The position numbers were made by a program, and so were the translations under genes. The notes beneath the pieces are model-generated. The model was given only the letters and a program-made list of their open reading frames with translations. It searched no databases and had not been told where the DNA came from. Below, in pieces: positions 1-12,900 of a stretch of 64,000 nucleotides of DNA. The stretch spans positions 5,518,001-5,582,000 of the forward strand of contig JBHGNT010000018.1 in NCBI GenBank assembly GCA_043228905.1, given 5' to 3'. The stretch is from Azolla caroliniana (lineage: Eukaryota > Plantae > Polypodiophyta). Positions within the stretch are counted from its first letter, which is position 1. Each line of letters opens with the position of its first letter.

Positions 1-452
1 CACATCAGGATGATGGCTTGCATTGCATCCTCCAACGGGAACTTGATCGCCGCAAGCTGATTCACGAATCCCATGAACGTGCTTACGTGTTCCACCATAC
101 TCTCGCCGTCCCGGTACTTGAGATTCACTATCTTCCTCATCAGGGAGGTCCGGTTCAACGCATTCTTCCTCTCGTAGAGGCCCGACAGCTTCCGCCACAT
201 CTCATATGCGTTGGTGTCGTTCGCCACATGTTGTAGAACGCTCACGTCGACGTATTGCCGAATGGTTGCAACGGCTTTCCGGTTCAGAAGCCTCCATTCC
301 GACTCAAGTACCCCTTTCGGTATTTCCGACCTGTCAATCGGTTCGTACAGGTCCCGAACAATCAGAAGATCCTCCATCTTGATCTTCCAGTCGGCGTAAT
401 TCTGCGCAGTCAGCACCATCATCCCCGGCTGCCCGCTGCCGCCGCCTTCCAT
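1..452 (-). CDS. Copia gag N-terminus (element Z; continues left out of window)
   Basis: ATG at 452 reads MEGGGSGQPGMMVLTAQNYADWKIKMEDLL...RKAVATIRQYVDVSVLQHVANDTNAYEMWRKL, a UBN2-type Copia gag. It lies just downstream of a tRNA-iMet PBS. Confidence 0.85.
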   Translation of the reverse strand, partial: MEGGGSGQPGMMVLTAQNYADWKIKMEDLLIVRDLYEPIDRSEIPKGVLESEWRLLNRKAVATIRQYVDVSVLQHVANDTNAYEMWRKLSGLYERKNALNRTSLMRKIVNLKYRDGESMVEHVSTFMGFVNQLAAIKFPLEDAMQAIILM

Positions 453-467
453 TTTCTGCAGCAACCC

Positions 468-479
468 GCTCTGATACCA
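468..479 (-). promoter_or_regulatory. Primer binding site, tRNA-iMet (element Z)
   Basis: Minus strand TGGTATCAGAGC, 3 nt from the LTR end. Confidence 0.9.
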
Positions 480-482
480 GTT

Positions 483-1092
483 TGTTGGGAATCGACGCTT
501 CGATTGACCTTCACCACTCGGCCACAACCGAGTAATCGCGAATCAATGCAGCAGAAAATAGGAACCACAGAGAGAAACACACGTATACACAGGGATTAAC
601 GTGGAAAACCCTAGATGGGAAAAACCACGGGAGTACGAGACTCCAAACCAACACTATACAAAGAGAAGTACACAATGGCGAGCTGCAAGGCGACGACCTT
701 GAGCTCGCTGTCCTCGCCACAGGCGGCGGAAATACACAGAGGCGTCGTCCTCTTCCTCTCCCACGCTCTATCTCTCTAACTCTCTCACGGCTGCTCACTC
801 TTCACTCCTCTTGAGTGGAAAAACAGAAAAATGATCAACAACAGTAAAACTGTTTGCCCTAAGTCATATTTATACATATATGACTTTGGGGCTATTTACA
901 ACTATAGCCTCAGGGGCCCATAGCAAACATATTCACGAAAATGTCCCTGCATCCGGATCGCTCTCCGGGTACATTCGTCATCCGGCTCAGAAGTCGGGGT
1001 CTTCATCATCCGGTTCCGAAACCGAAACCGGGCTTGTCGGCATTCATCTCCGACATCCGACCATCCCATCCGAAGGGACCGTAATCCCAACA
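483..1092 (-). repeat. 5' LTR of Copia element Z, inserted in the RT/RNase H junction of Copia A
   Basis: TGTTGGGA...TCCCAACA termini, adjacent PBS, and TATA hairpin at 861-886. Confidence 0.85.
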
Positions 1093-2087
1093 GTTTAGAA
1101 TCTCCAAAACATAAACATAATTTTGATGTACCTCTTAAATATCGAAAGATCCATTTTACAGCATCCCAATGAGGCTTACCCAGATTGGAGAGATATCTAC
1201 TTACAACACTAACGGCATGGGAAATATCTGGCCTTGTGCTAACCATAGCACACATCAACGAACCAATCGCTGAAGAGTAAGGAATTGAAGACATCTATCT
1301 CTTATTTCTCTTGCTCGGTATGTGGACAATCTTTTCTACATTTAAAATGGCTAGCAAAGGGGGTACTTACTGGTTTTGCATTATGCATATTAAACCTTTC
1401 TAATACTCGTTCTATGTATTTTTCTTGAGAAAGCCACAACTTTCCACATTCCCTATTGCGAGTAATTTTCATGCCAAAAATATGCTTAGCATGACCTAGA
1501 TATTTCATGTCAAAGGCCTTAGATGGATCCACCTTTAACTTGTGGATATTTTCTACATCTTGTCCTACAATTAGCATATCATCGACATACAATAAAAGAA
1601 TTATAAAATTACCTTAAGAAAAATGCTTAACATACACACAATGATCTCCATTAGTCTTGGTGTAGTCTTGACTTGCCATAAATGAATTGAACCTTCTATA
1701 CCATTGTCACGGTGCTTGTTTTAGGCCGTAAAGACTTTTCCTCAGCTTGCATACCATATGCTCCTTTCCTTTCTCTTCGAAACCCTCCGGTTGTTCCATG
1801 CAGATCTCTTCCTTCAAGTCTCCATGCAAGGAAGCTGTCTTTACATCGAGCTGCTCAATCTTGAGATTTAAAGTTGTTGCCAAACCTAAAACAACTCGAA
1901 TAGAACTCATTTTCACAATTGGTGAGAAAATTTCATCAAAATCAATACCTTTCATTTGGCTGAAACCTTTTACGACTAAACGAGCCTTATGTTTTACAAG
2001 GTTACCATCACCTTGTTTTAACTTAAACACCCATTTATTTTTCAAAACTTTTCTTCCCTTAGGAAGTTCTACCAAATCAAAGGTATT

Positions 2088-5000
2088 TGTGAAAGTGTTT
2101 TTAGAATTCAAGGTATTGAAGTCTACAAAAATATAAGGTATGGTGCATTCACACCCGAAGGCCAAGAACACGAGCTAAGGTTTCAAGTATAAGTCAAACT
2201 AAAAGCAAGAAAGATGGAGAAAAGTAAAAGAAGGAAAAAGCAGACCACCAAAAAGCAGTCAGAAACAAACCCTCATAACTCTCTCGTTTGACACCCAAAT
2301 ATCACGTGTAAATATGGGTTAGAAAGCTTATGACAAGAGCTATCTGTAGCTTTTTAAAACTCGAAATTTGGAGAATGGATGAGGGAGATATGACGATTCG
2401 AAAATCGTTGTGTCATAGCTAAGAATAGGAGATGGAAAAGCTCTAAAAAAAGCGTGGAAAAGAAAGCAAGCGAAACTTATCTACTAGAGGAGAACTTCAT
2501 ATAAAGCAAGAAGAGTGAAGTGGTGAGGAGAGTTTTTTTCTTGTGGTGTTTTTCTTGCCTATTCATGTAGTGCGTTTTTCTAGTGATCAATTCATCCTTG
2601 TAGGCTTGAGTTTATGTATCTTCTTTCTCTTGTTTCTATGATCATCACTCCTTAATAATATATCTTTGTAGATTTGGGTTTCTATATCTTCCTTCTCTCT
2701 CTTTTCTATCATCATCTCTATTTTCATTTTTGGCGCTCCAGGGAGGGCCGATCTTTTCCGTACCTTGGGAAGATTGATTGTGTTTTATTATTACGTGGAT
2801 ATGGCGTTTCAATTTGCTTTCGCAGGTGATGGCGTTCAGGATGGAGGAGCTTTTTTGGCATTGTTCGAGCATCATGCGGTTTCGATTGGGAAGGTGAATG
2901 ACATAGAGAAATTGCCCTTGTTGGTGGCAACTTTCTACTCAAGAGCCCGGGAGTGGTATGAGTCATTACCTCCCAACCAACAAACCAACTACCAATTGCT
3001 CGTTCAACAATTTAGAAGCAAGTACATCCGACGTCGTAGTGCGATGGAGGTGCGAGAGGAACTATTCGCATTGCGTATGACAACATCGATGGAGTATTCT
3101 GAGTACGAGAGGGTGTTCAGAGAGCTATGCTCAACATGGATCCGTCTACGAGTAGGCGTAGAGGATGAGTGGTTCAAGATGGATCGCTTCAAGGCGGGCT
3201 TGAACCCTTACTTTGCAATGGAGGCGAATTTGAAGGACCCAACCAATTTTCAAACTCTTCTACAAGTGTGTCAAATATATGATAGACAACTAAAAGTGAT
3301 GCGGATGGGGGTCGATACAATGGTGGCGATAGCTAATGCGAATGTGGTGTCAACTCTAAACGCCCCACATCCATCCTCTATTGTACATGGAGGACAGGTT
3401 TTTCCAAACATATTTAATTCTAATGTAGCTAACCAAGCTAATTTACCAATGATGCAAGATGTAGATCATCCAAGAACTGATCGAAGTTTCCCCGAGCAAC
3501 TAAACCGACGACTTGACGAGCTAACAAATCAATTCCGCCAAATGCAAGCTAGTTTCAACACCAACCAAGTTCGCGAGGTGCCACCAGAAAAACGGGTCCC
3601 AGTTTGTTATTCTTGTGGTGTTGAAGGACATATTGCTACACGATGTCCTTCAAGACGACAAGGAGGTTTAGGACGAGGTATCTATCAAGTTCAAGGAGGT
3701 TCAAATGCCCCTAACAAGCATGCAAATAGCAATAATCAAGTTTCTAGTGATGGAGGACCGTTGCCAATGGCTCAAGTCCCAACAATACCTTCCAATGTAA
3801 ATCTTCTTGATTTTATGTATGATCCTGACGATGATTGTGATGTTGTTCCAATCAAGAGAACTCGAGCAACGCATAAGGGAAAAGAGGTGGAAGGGGAGTC
3901 AAGTAACCCTCAAATAAAGAAAAAAACTAAGGAGTCTAAGATGGAGAATCCTTCAAAAAGGCGTCGTTCAAGGAGAAAGATCAATATGGAGGATATGCCC
4001 ATGGGGAAAGGAGTGGAGCCTTTCGACCTCAAGCAAGAGCTGATTACTTATGGACCCCGGATCACTTGGCCGCAACTTCTTCAACTCTCTCCAAAAATAC
4101 GAAAAGAATGGGGACGACTAGCGAGCATACGTCAAAGTACGAAAACAGTGCATTATGCGGGGGTTGTACGAGTGAAGGAACGAAAGGATATTCGACCTAC
4201 AATACCGGTATCTATAAAAGGTTATATAGTTAAGGATGCTTTAGTGGATAGTGGTGCTAGAATAAGTCTTATCTCAGAAGTCCTTATAAGTAAGCTTGGT
4301 ATTCCTATTGGTAAAAGTTCATCTGCGAAAGTAGTTGTAGCTGATGGAGGATTAGTACCTTGCATGGGGATTATAGAAGATGTTATCCTTGAGTGTTTTG
4401 GTATATGTACTTCTATGGATTTCCATGTTATTCCCCTTAAGGGACCCTCTTATTCCTTGGTGTTGGGAAGACCTTGGATGCAAGAACTAAATGTAATTCA
4501 GGATTGGAGTAATGGGTTGATGACTTTGACACCCTCCGAGAGTGTCAACATTGTCTACGACATGCGTCTTCAACGAGTGATCAAGGGTGCAAGGGAGAAC
4601 AACTCATCTGATAGTGAGTATGAAGAAGAGAGTAGTGCAAGTGATAGTACTTCATCGGATTGGGAGGAGACAACATCATATGTGATATCCAAGGAGGAGA
4701 AAGAAGACAATAAAGAGGAAGAAACCATCACCCTTGAACAACAAGAGAAGATGATTTCCAAAGATATTCAAGGAGAAGAACGACAAAGGTTTGTTTCCCT
4801 ACTTTCTGAGTTTCCGAGGTTATTTATAAATGACTATTCGCAGATTAGAGGAGTGGATGTCATTAAACACCAAATCAAGTTGAAGGAGGGAAGTGAACCG
4901 GTTGCCCAAAAGCTTCGTCGCTTGGGGACAGTCCAAAAGGAGGCTCTATTAAAGGAGGTTAAAGCTTTGTTGAGGGCTGGTTTCATATACCCCATGGAGG

Positions 5001-8000
5001 ATTCGGAGTGGGTGTCCCCCGTTGTGGTGGTTCCTAAGAAGAATGGAAAATGGCGAGTTTGTGTCGACTTCAAAACTTTGAATGCAGCTACGAAGCGGGA
5101 TCACTTTCCACTTCCTTTTCAAGATGAGATTTTGGATGAAATTGCAGGGCATGAGATGTACACGGTATGTGATGGGTATTCCGGCTATTTTCAAATAAGA
5201 ATCGCAGAGGAGGATCAAAGAAAGACAACCTTCATAACACCTTGGGGTTGTTTTGCTTATAAGTGTATGCCTTTTGGTTTAACCAATGCGGTGTTTACTT
5301 TCAATCGTTTGGCTATACATGTTTTTCAACCCTTTTTTGGAAAATTTGTAAGGGTGTTTATAGATGATTTTGCCATCTATAGTACAAGGATTGGTCATCT
5401 AGAGAAGGTGCGAGCGGCTTTCAAACGTCTTGATGAATGTAAAGGACAACTCAACCCCGAAAAGTGCCATGTTGGAGAAAAAGAGGTGGCGATGCTTGGA
5501 CATGTGGTGTCTCTTCTAGGAATTAAGGTGGATCCCTCAAAGATCAAAGTGATTGAAAGTTTACCGTATCTAAAAGATGTTAAGTCCTTGGAGGTTTTTG
5601 TTCAAAAGGTGCGATACTTTGAGAGATTTATCCATATGTTAGCCCAAGCCCTTTATCCTTTTAGAGTCATCCTTCGCACTAATATTTTTGTGTGGAATCC
5701 TTTTGTGCAAGAAAAATTTGATAGAGTTAGAGAGCTATTAGCTAAAACCCCTATTCTTAAGCCACCAGATAGAAATTCTACATTCTTTCTTTCTCTTAGT
5801 GTTAGCTCTCATGCTATTGGCTCTATTCTCATGCAACAAGATCCTCATAATAAGCTAATGCATCCTATTTATTATATAAGTAGAGCCATAAGTGATGTGG
5901 AAAAAACCTTTATGGATGTGGAAAAGTGGGTGTTAGCTCTTACATATGCATGTCAAAAGTTTAGGAGCTTTCTTATCCCTCAACACTTTGTAATAATCAC
6001 TAGTATGTCACTACTCCCCTATGTACTACAACATGTAAATGTATCATCTAGAATTACAAAGTGGGCTCTTCTATTGGTCGAGTTTGATTTTGAAGTTAGG
6101 CTTGAGTCCACTATGCGTGCGGAATTGGTGGATCTTCTCACTTATAGAGAGAGTCTTCATGAGAAGGATTTATCAAAGCTATGAGATTCCCTTCCCGAAC
6201 CAGATATAGAAGATGCTTTCACATTTTGTTTTGATGGTGCTTACCGAAAGGCAACAAATTTAGCGGTTGGAGGCTTTATATTAAGAAACCCCAATGGAGA
6301 GGTGGTACATGCTGAAGGGATTTTGCTTCCCAATGTCAACACCAACAATGAAGCGGAATACGCGACCTTGTGCTTTGCCTTACGACTTTGTAAAGCTAGG
6401 GAGATCAAAAGATTAATCATCAAAGGTGATTCACTATTAATTGTCAAACAAATTCAAGGTTTGTGGAAATGTCAAAGTGATGGATTACGTGGCTTCTATA
6501 AGGAGGCACTTAGCTTAATGAAGTCATTTACTAAAGTACAAGTAAAACATGTAAGTCGTGTGGACAATAAAGAGGCTGATGCGCTTGCTCAAGAACAATT
6601 AGTGAAGATTAAAGGGGAACCTGTATGTATTTTAGAAGAATGTAAGGGTGCAGAGTCCCTCTTAGAGATACAAGAGCTTCTTAACGATGGTGTTTTCCCC
6701 AAGGATCCTAATGGGTTACAGAGAAGAAGGTTGGTATCAAGATCTTCTCAATATGTAGTGGTTGGTAAGGATTTGTATCATAAAGGCAAGGATGATATTC
6801 TACGAAGGGTGCCCCTTAAAGAGGAGATTGTAGAGATCCTAAGGAAGATGCATGAGGAGGCTTGTGGAGGACATTTTTCTCATGACATCATGTTGCGAAA
6901 GATTATGTTAACAGGTTTTACTTGGCCTACCATCCATAAAGACATTCACGAGTGGTGCAAATCTTGTGAATCATGCATGCCAAAAGGCGGGACGTAGACA
7001 TCTTCGTGTGGGTCCTTTACATCTGATCGTGGTTTTTGCTCCGTTCGAGAAGTGGGGAATCGATGCGGTAGGTCCTCTTCCAAAGACCCAACATGGTAAG
7101 GAATATATCTTGGTAGCAATTGATTACATGACCAAGTGGGCGGAAGTAGCGGCAACTTCTTCAATCAAATCTAAGGACGTGGCTCAATTCATCTACCGTA
7201 ATATTTGTACGAGATTTGGTGTACCGTTAGAGATTGTATCTGATCATGGTCCAAGTTTTCGTGGTGAAGTATTGGCTTACTTATTAGAGAAGTTGAAGAT
7301 AAAGCATAGGTACTCTACCCCATACTATCCTCAAGCTAATGGTGCAATGGAGAAGGTGAATGGTATTTTGGTTAAAAATCTCCAAAAACTTGTTAATAAT
7401 AAAATGAGAACCTGGGATAAATTTCTTGATGATGCTATTTGGGCATACCGTGTTTCCTTTAAGTTAACCACGGGTTTTACCCCATTTTTTTTAGTGTATG
7501 GACAAGAGGCTTTATTTCCTATTGAACTACAAGTGCGAAGTAATCGACTTATGCAAGCTTCGTGTCGTGATGGAGAAAGTGCTATGGAGGATCGATTAGC
7601 ACACAATCATGTATTGCAATATTCAAGAGAAGAAGCGGTAGAGCACTACTTACAACAAGCGTTGAGGAGGAAACAATATTATGATAAAAAAGCAAGATTA
7701 GAAACATTTCTTAAAGGGTCACTAGTTCTTCGTTATGACAACCGTTTTGACAACATCAAAGGTCAAAAAATGGTGAACCGATGGGAGGGACCCTTTGTTG
7801 TGCACGAAGTTTATGACAATGGAAGTTATCAACTCAAGGACATCGATGGCACGATACATGAGCTACGAGTAAATGGATGGCGTTTAAAGCAATATTTGAA
7901 TCGTGGACCCACATATCTACATAATGTGAATGAAGAGCTTGATGATGATGCCACAGATCAAAATGTGGACTTGTTCCCATGTTTCTTCTTCAATTAGATA

Positions 8001-8899
8001 AGTGTGAAAATACTCTTCTTTTTTTGGCAAGGAGAAGAATATATACATGTGTAATTGCCATTTTATTTTATTTTGTATTAGGAGTGTGAGGTTTTTCCTA
8101 CCGACTAGCGGGGGTTTTACTCACATAGTTTGTTTCTTTTCTATTTATTTTCTCCTTCTTTGTCTATAGCCATGAAAAGGGCGAAGGAGAACCTTTAGTT
8201 TTATTAGTAGCTTAGGGTTCACCATAAATGGTTCACCAAAAAGCAAGGGGGAGGGTTAAATGTGAAAGTGTTTTTAGAATTCAAGGTATTGAAGTCTACA
8301 AAAATATAAGGTATGGTGCATTCACACCCGAAGGCCAAGAACACGAGCTAAGGTTTCAAGTATAAGTCAAACTAAAAGCAAGAAAGATGGAGAAAAGTAA
8401 AAGAAGGAAAAAGCAGACCACCAAAAAGCAGTCAGAAACAAACCCTCATAACTCTCTCGTTTGACACCCAAATATCACGTGTAAATATGGGTTAGAAAGC
8501 TTATGATGAGAGATATCCGTAGCTTTTTAAAACTCTAAATTCGGAGCATGGATGAGGGAGATATGACGATTAGAAGATCGTTGTGTCATAGCTAAGAATA
8601 GGAGATGGAAAAGCTCTAAAAAAAGCGTGGAAAAGAAAGCAAGCGAAACTTATCTACTAGAGGAGAACTTCATATAAAGCAAGAAGAGTGAAGTGGTGAG
8701 GAGAGTTTTTTTCTTGTGGTGTTTTTCTTGCCTATTCATGTAGTGCGTTTTTCTAGTGATCAATTCATCCTTGTAGGCTTGAGTTTATGTATCTTCTTTC
8801 TCTTGTTTCTATGATCATCACTCCTTATTAATATATCTTTGTAGATTTGGGTTTCTATATCTTCCTTCTCTTTCTTTTCTATCATCATCTCTATTTTCA
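2088..8899 (+). mobile_element. Full-length Ty3/Gypsy element of Tat type (gag-PR-RT-RH-aRH-INT)
   Basis: 639-bp LTRs at 2088-2726 and 8261-8899 (TG...CA), 5-bp TSD GTATT, PBS TGGCGCTCCAGGGAGGG at 2731 (resembles tRNA-Asn type), PPT at 8241-8255. Confidence 0.95.
2801..7997 (+). pseudogene. Gag-Pol polyprotein of the Tat-type element, with one in-frame stop (6182-6184) and one frameshift (6973-6980)
   Basis: CYSCGVEGHIATRC knuckle, LVDSGA protease, RT FIDD, degenerate native RNase H, additional RNase H (FDGA..NNEAEY..GDS..EADALA), integrase H-H-C-C and D-D-E, and RWEGPF module. Confidence 0.9.
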
Positions 8900-9654
8900 G
8901 TATTATTTTTCTTTAATGAGTTCATTTTGTCGTGCATGGCTTTTATCCAATCATCCTTATCTTTTTGGTTTAAAACATCGTCATAACTTTTAGGCTCCCC
9001 CTCATCAGAGATTAAGACATAATCTGAACTAGGATACCTTATAGATGGTTTTCGTTCTCTAGTAGACCCTCTAGGTTGTTGATTCACCACATCTTGTAAG
9101 GAAGTTTCCCCCCCCTGCTCAAAACCTGTTTGTGGTAAAATATCATCATGATTAGTTTCAACCCTATTATTTATAATACTTGGTGACGAGAAACCAACGT
9201 TCCTTATGCGCAATGCTCGGCCACAACCGAGCTTAGAATGATACACAGAAAAAAAAACAGGAAATAGAACACGACACAAAGAAGAAGAGAAGTGGTACAC
9301 AGGTGGTTTACGTGGAAAACCCCAAACTAAGGGAAAAAACCACGGCAGCCCACAGTCTGCAAACTGTCACTATGTATGAATGTACAAAACAGTGAGTTCA
9401 CAGAGGCAACGACCTCGGACTCACGCTCTTCGCCACAGGCGGCGGTTACAACAGAGGCAGCGACCTGTTTCTCTCTCTCTCTCTCTCTATACAACGTTAC
9501 GTGCTGTCTCTGCTTCTTGCACCAACAAGAAAAATAACAACAACATAATATTAGTTTGCCCTAAGTCATATTTATACTAATATGACTTTTCGGCTATTTA
9601 CAAATATAGCCACAATGGGCTCTCAAAAACATATTTACGAATATGTCTCTACCT

Positions 9655-9870
9655 CCGATTCATACCGGACCTGCACCATCCGGCTCTCCGTAGCCAGGTA
9701 CTCCTCATCCGGTTCATACCGGGTCTGCACCATCCGACTCTCCGTAGCCGGGTACTCCTCATCCGGTTCATATCGGGCCTGCACCATCCGATTCTCCGTA
9801 GCCGAGTACTCCTCATCCGGTTCACACCGGGTCTGTATCATCCGGCTCTCCGTAGCCGGGTACTCCTCAT
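9655..9870. repeat. 54-bp tandem array (4 units) in U3 of the Copia B 3' LTR; 3 units in the 5' LTR at about 14467-14628
   Basis: Unit is approximately TCCGGTTCATACCGGGTCTGCACCATCCGGCTCTCCGTAGCCGGGTACTCCTCA. Confidence 0.9.
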
Positions 9871-9923
9871 ACCGTTTCGGCACTTCCAATCCGGAGGGAC
9901 CTGTCTCCCAACAAACTCCCCTT

Positions 9924-12900
9924 TCACTCCGGCATGGGGTGTCTTACCAGTCCGATTCTCTTCCGGCATGCATCCAGCTTGTCGGGTGTCAGCACTTTGG
10001 TCACCATATCTAACCCGTTCTCGGCCGTGTGGATCTTCGTCAGTGCGAACTCCTGGTAATCTACTCTTTCCCGGATCCAGTGATACCTCCGCTGGATATG
10101 CTTCGTCCGGGAATGGTAGGCCGCATTCTTAGCAAGGTGGATGGCACTTTGACTGTCGCAATAGAGTCGGTATTCCTCTTGCCGTATACCGAGCTCACCG
10201 ATGAAGTCCTTCATCCATAAGATTTCCTTGCCGGCTTCCACAGCTGCCATGTACTCCGCCTCCGTGGTTGACAATGCAACCGTCTTCTGCAGCCTCGACT
10301 GCCATGAAACAGCTCCCCCTGCATATGTCATTACATACCCGGATGTAGATCGGCTAGTATCCACATCAGCCGACATGTCCGAATCGGTGAAACCGTCCAG
10401 TTGAGGTTTTCCGGAGCCGAATCGGAGACACATATTTGAAGTGCCCTTCAAATACCGGAGTATCCATTTGACCGCGTTCCAATGCTCCTTGCCGGGATTA
10501 CTCATGAACCGGCTCACCACTCCGACTGCGTATCCTATATCCGGTCGGGTACACACCATAGCGTACATCAAACTCCTGACGGCAGAGGCATATGGAATCT
10601 TCATCATATCTGCCTTCTCTCCTTTCTTCTTCGGGCTTTACTTGCCGGATAGCTTGCAGTTTGCCGGAAGTGTCGATCCGACCGGTTTTGCATCTGACAT
10701 GTTGAACCGGTGAAGCACCTTTGTCACACACTTCTCCTGTGACAGCCATAGTTGCTTCGCTTTTCGGTTACGGATGATGTGCATCCCCAACATCTGTCTT
10801 GCCGGACCCAAGTCTTTCATTGAGAAGGTCCGGTTTAGAGCCTTCTTCAGCATCCGTATTTTGACTTGGTCACGTCCGACGATCAACATGTCATCCACGT
10901 ATAGGAGGAGTATCAGGAAGTCTCCTCCTTCGAACTTCTTCACAAACACGCAGTGATCGACCTGCGTCTTGTGGTACCCTTGGTTGGTCATGAAGGAGTT
11001 GAACTTCCGGTACCATTGCCGGGGAGCCTGCTTCAGTCCGTACAGGCTCCTCTTCAACCGGCATACCAGGTGCTCCTTCCCTTTCTCCACGAATCCTTCC
11101 GGTTGTTGCATGTAGATCTCCTCTTCGAGGTCGCCGTGAAGGAATGTCGTCTTCACGTCCAGCTGCTCTACCTCGAGGTCCATGCTTGCTGCTATACTCA
11201 GCACTGTCCGGATGGAGGTCATCTTTACTACCGGGGCAAATATCTCGTCGAAGTCCACGCCCTTCTTCTGCTGGAACCCCTTCACCACGATCCTGGCTTT
11301 GTATCTCGGGGGGTTGCCGGCATCTCCCGGTTTCAACTTGTACACCCACTTGTTTCGGAGTGCCCGCTTTCCTTTCGGCAATTCCACCAATTCATATGTA
11401 TGGTTCTCATGCAGGGAATCCATCTCGTCCTGCATGGACCTTAACCATTTTCGGTTGTGGGTGTCTTCCTTCACTTCTTTGAAGCTTTCCGGCTCCCCCT
11501 CATCGGTCAGCAGAACATGCTCTGCATCCGGAAATCTCCGAGGGGGCCTTCTTTCTCTGAGAGGATATCTCCGTCTTCGGGCTTCGGTAACCGGCTCCTC
11601 CATTTGCTCTTCATCCGAATCCGATTCGGGGTCTTGGCCGGTTCCGGTCTCAGCTTCCTCTTCTTCTTCTGCCGATTCGGTATCCTCACCGTAACCGGCT
11701 GGTTCCTCGAGTGCTAACCGGTCTCTTGCCGGTTGGGTCTGCTCATCGTAGAGTCTATCCTTACCGGTCGACTCGGAGTTCATTATCTTCTTCTCTGACT
11801 CCCAGTCGGCGAGCGTCTTGTCCTCCATGAAGATAATATCTCGACTCCGGAATACCTTCTTGTCGACCGGGTCCCACACTTCGGTAGCCGAACTCATCGT
11901 CACCGTAACCGGGGAATATGCATGGCCGGGTCTTTGGATCTAGCTTTCCTCTCCTGTCCTTTGCTACATGCACGTACGCGAGACACCCAAACACCTTCAG
12001 ATGCCGGTAGGATACTTCCTTACCGGTCCACACTCTCTGTGGCGTGTCTCCGTCCAAGGGTACTGAGGGTGATCTATTTATCACGTATGTCGCCGTCGAC
12101 AGTGCCTCAGCCCAAAACTTCTTGGGTAGTTTTGCATGCGCTAGCATACTCTAGACCCTCTCCATTATGGTCTGGTTCATCCCCTCGACCAGTCCGTTTA
12201 GTTCCGGCGTCTTCGGCACGGTAAATTCGAGCCGGATTCCCTTCAAGCGGCAGTACTCCTCGAACTGCCCCCGGTATTCTCCTCCGTTGTCTGCTCGAAC
12301 CGCCTTCAGCTTCCGGCCGGTTTCTCTTTCCACTCTCGCGTGGAGCTCTTTGAAGACGGATAACACCTGATCCTTCGTCTTCAGCGGTGTGGCCCACAGC
12401 TTCCGGTTGTGGTCATCTATGAACATCACGAAGTACTGCGCTCCGGCATGTGACTTCGTGTCTACTTGACACACATCCGTATGCACCAACTCCAGTGGTG
12501 CATTACGTCTCATCGGTGGCCTTGGTCAGAAGGAGGTCCGGTTCTGCTTACCGGCCAGACAATCAGTGCACTTCTCTAAGTGCACGTTCTTCACTGGAAT
12601 GAGGTTGTCTTCTGCAAGCCTCTTCATCCCCTTCTCGCTCATATGACACAGCCTCTTGTGCCACAGCTCACCGGCAGTGTCGGATGCCACGTTCACTTCT
12701 TCCGGACATAATCGAGCATTCATCAGGTACAGCGTGTTTACCTTCCGGGCCCGAGCCACAATCAGGCTCCCTTTGCTGAACTTCATGACCCCGTTCCGGA
12801 TGCTACCCGTGTAGCCTTCATCATCTAGCCGACCGGCTGATATCAGGTTCAGACGAACCTCCGGAACGTGTCGAACATCCTTCAGCAGCAACTTGCATCC

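Noticed and set aside
1747-2136. Numerous antisense ORFs over RT and gag regions
   Set aside because: Shadow frames of retroelement coding sequence with no independent motifs.
8818-9300. Chimeric ORFs starting MYHFSSSLC or MYLPLLC (also 12526-14115 and 61777-63336)
   Set aside because: The frames run across LTR junctions from GTG starts by chance. The real gag ATG of B is at 13968.
9635-10013. Repeat-protein ORFs (EEYPATESRMVQ...) and a CRISPR-like appearance of the CCGG arrays
   Set aside because: They are translations of a 54-bp head-to-tail LTR array with no unique spacers and no cas genes.
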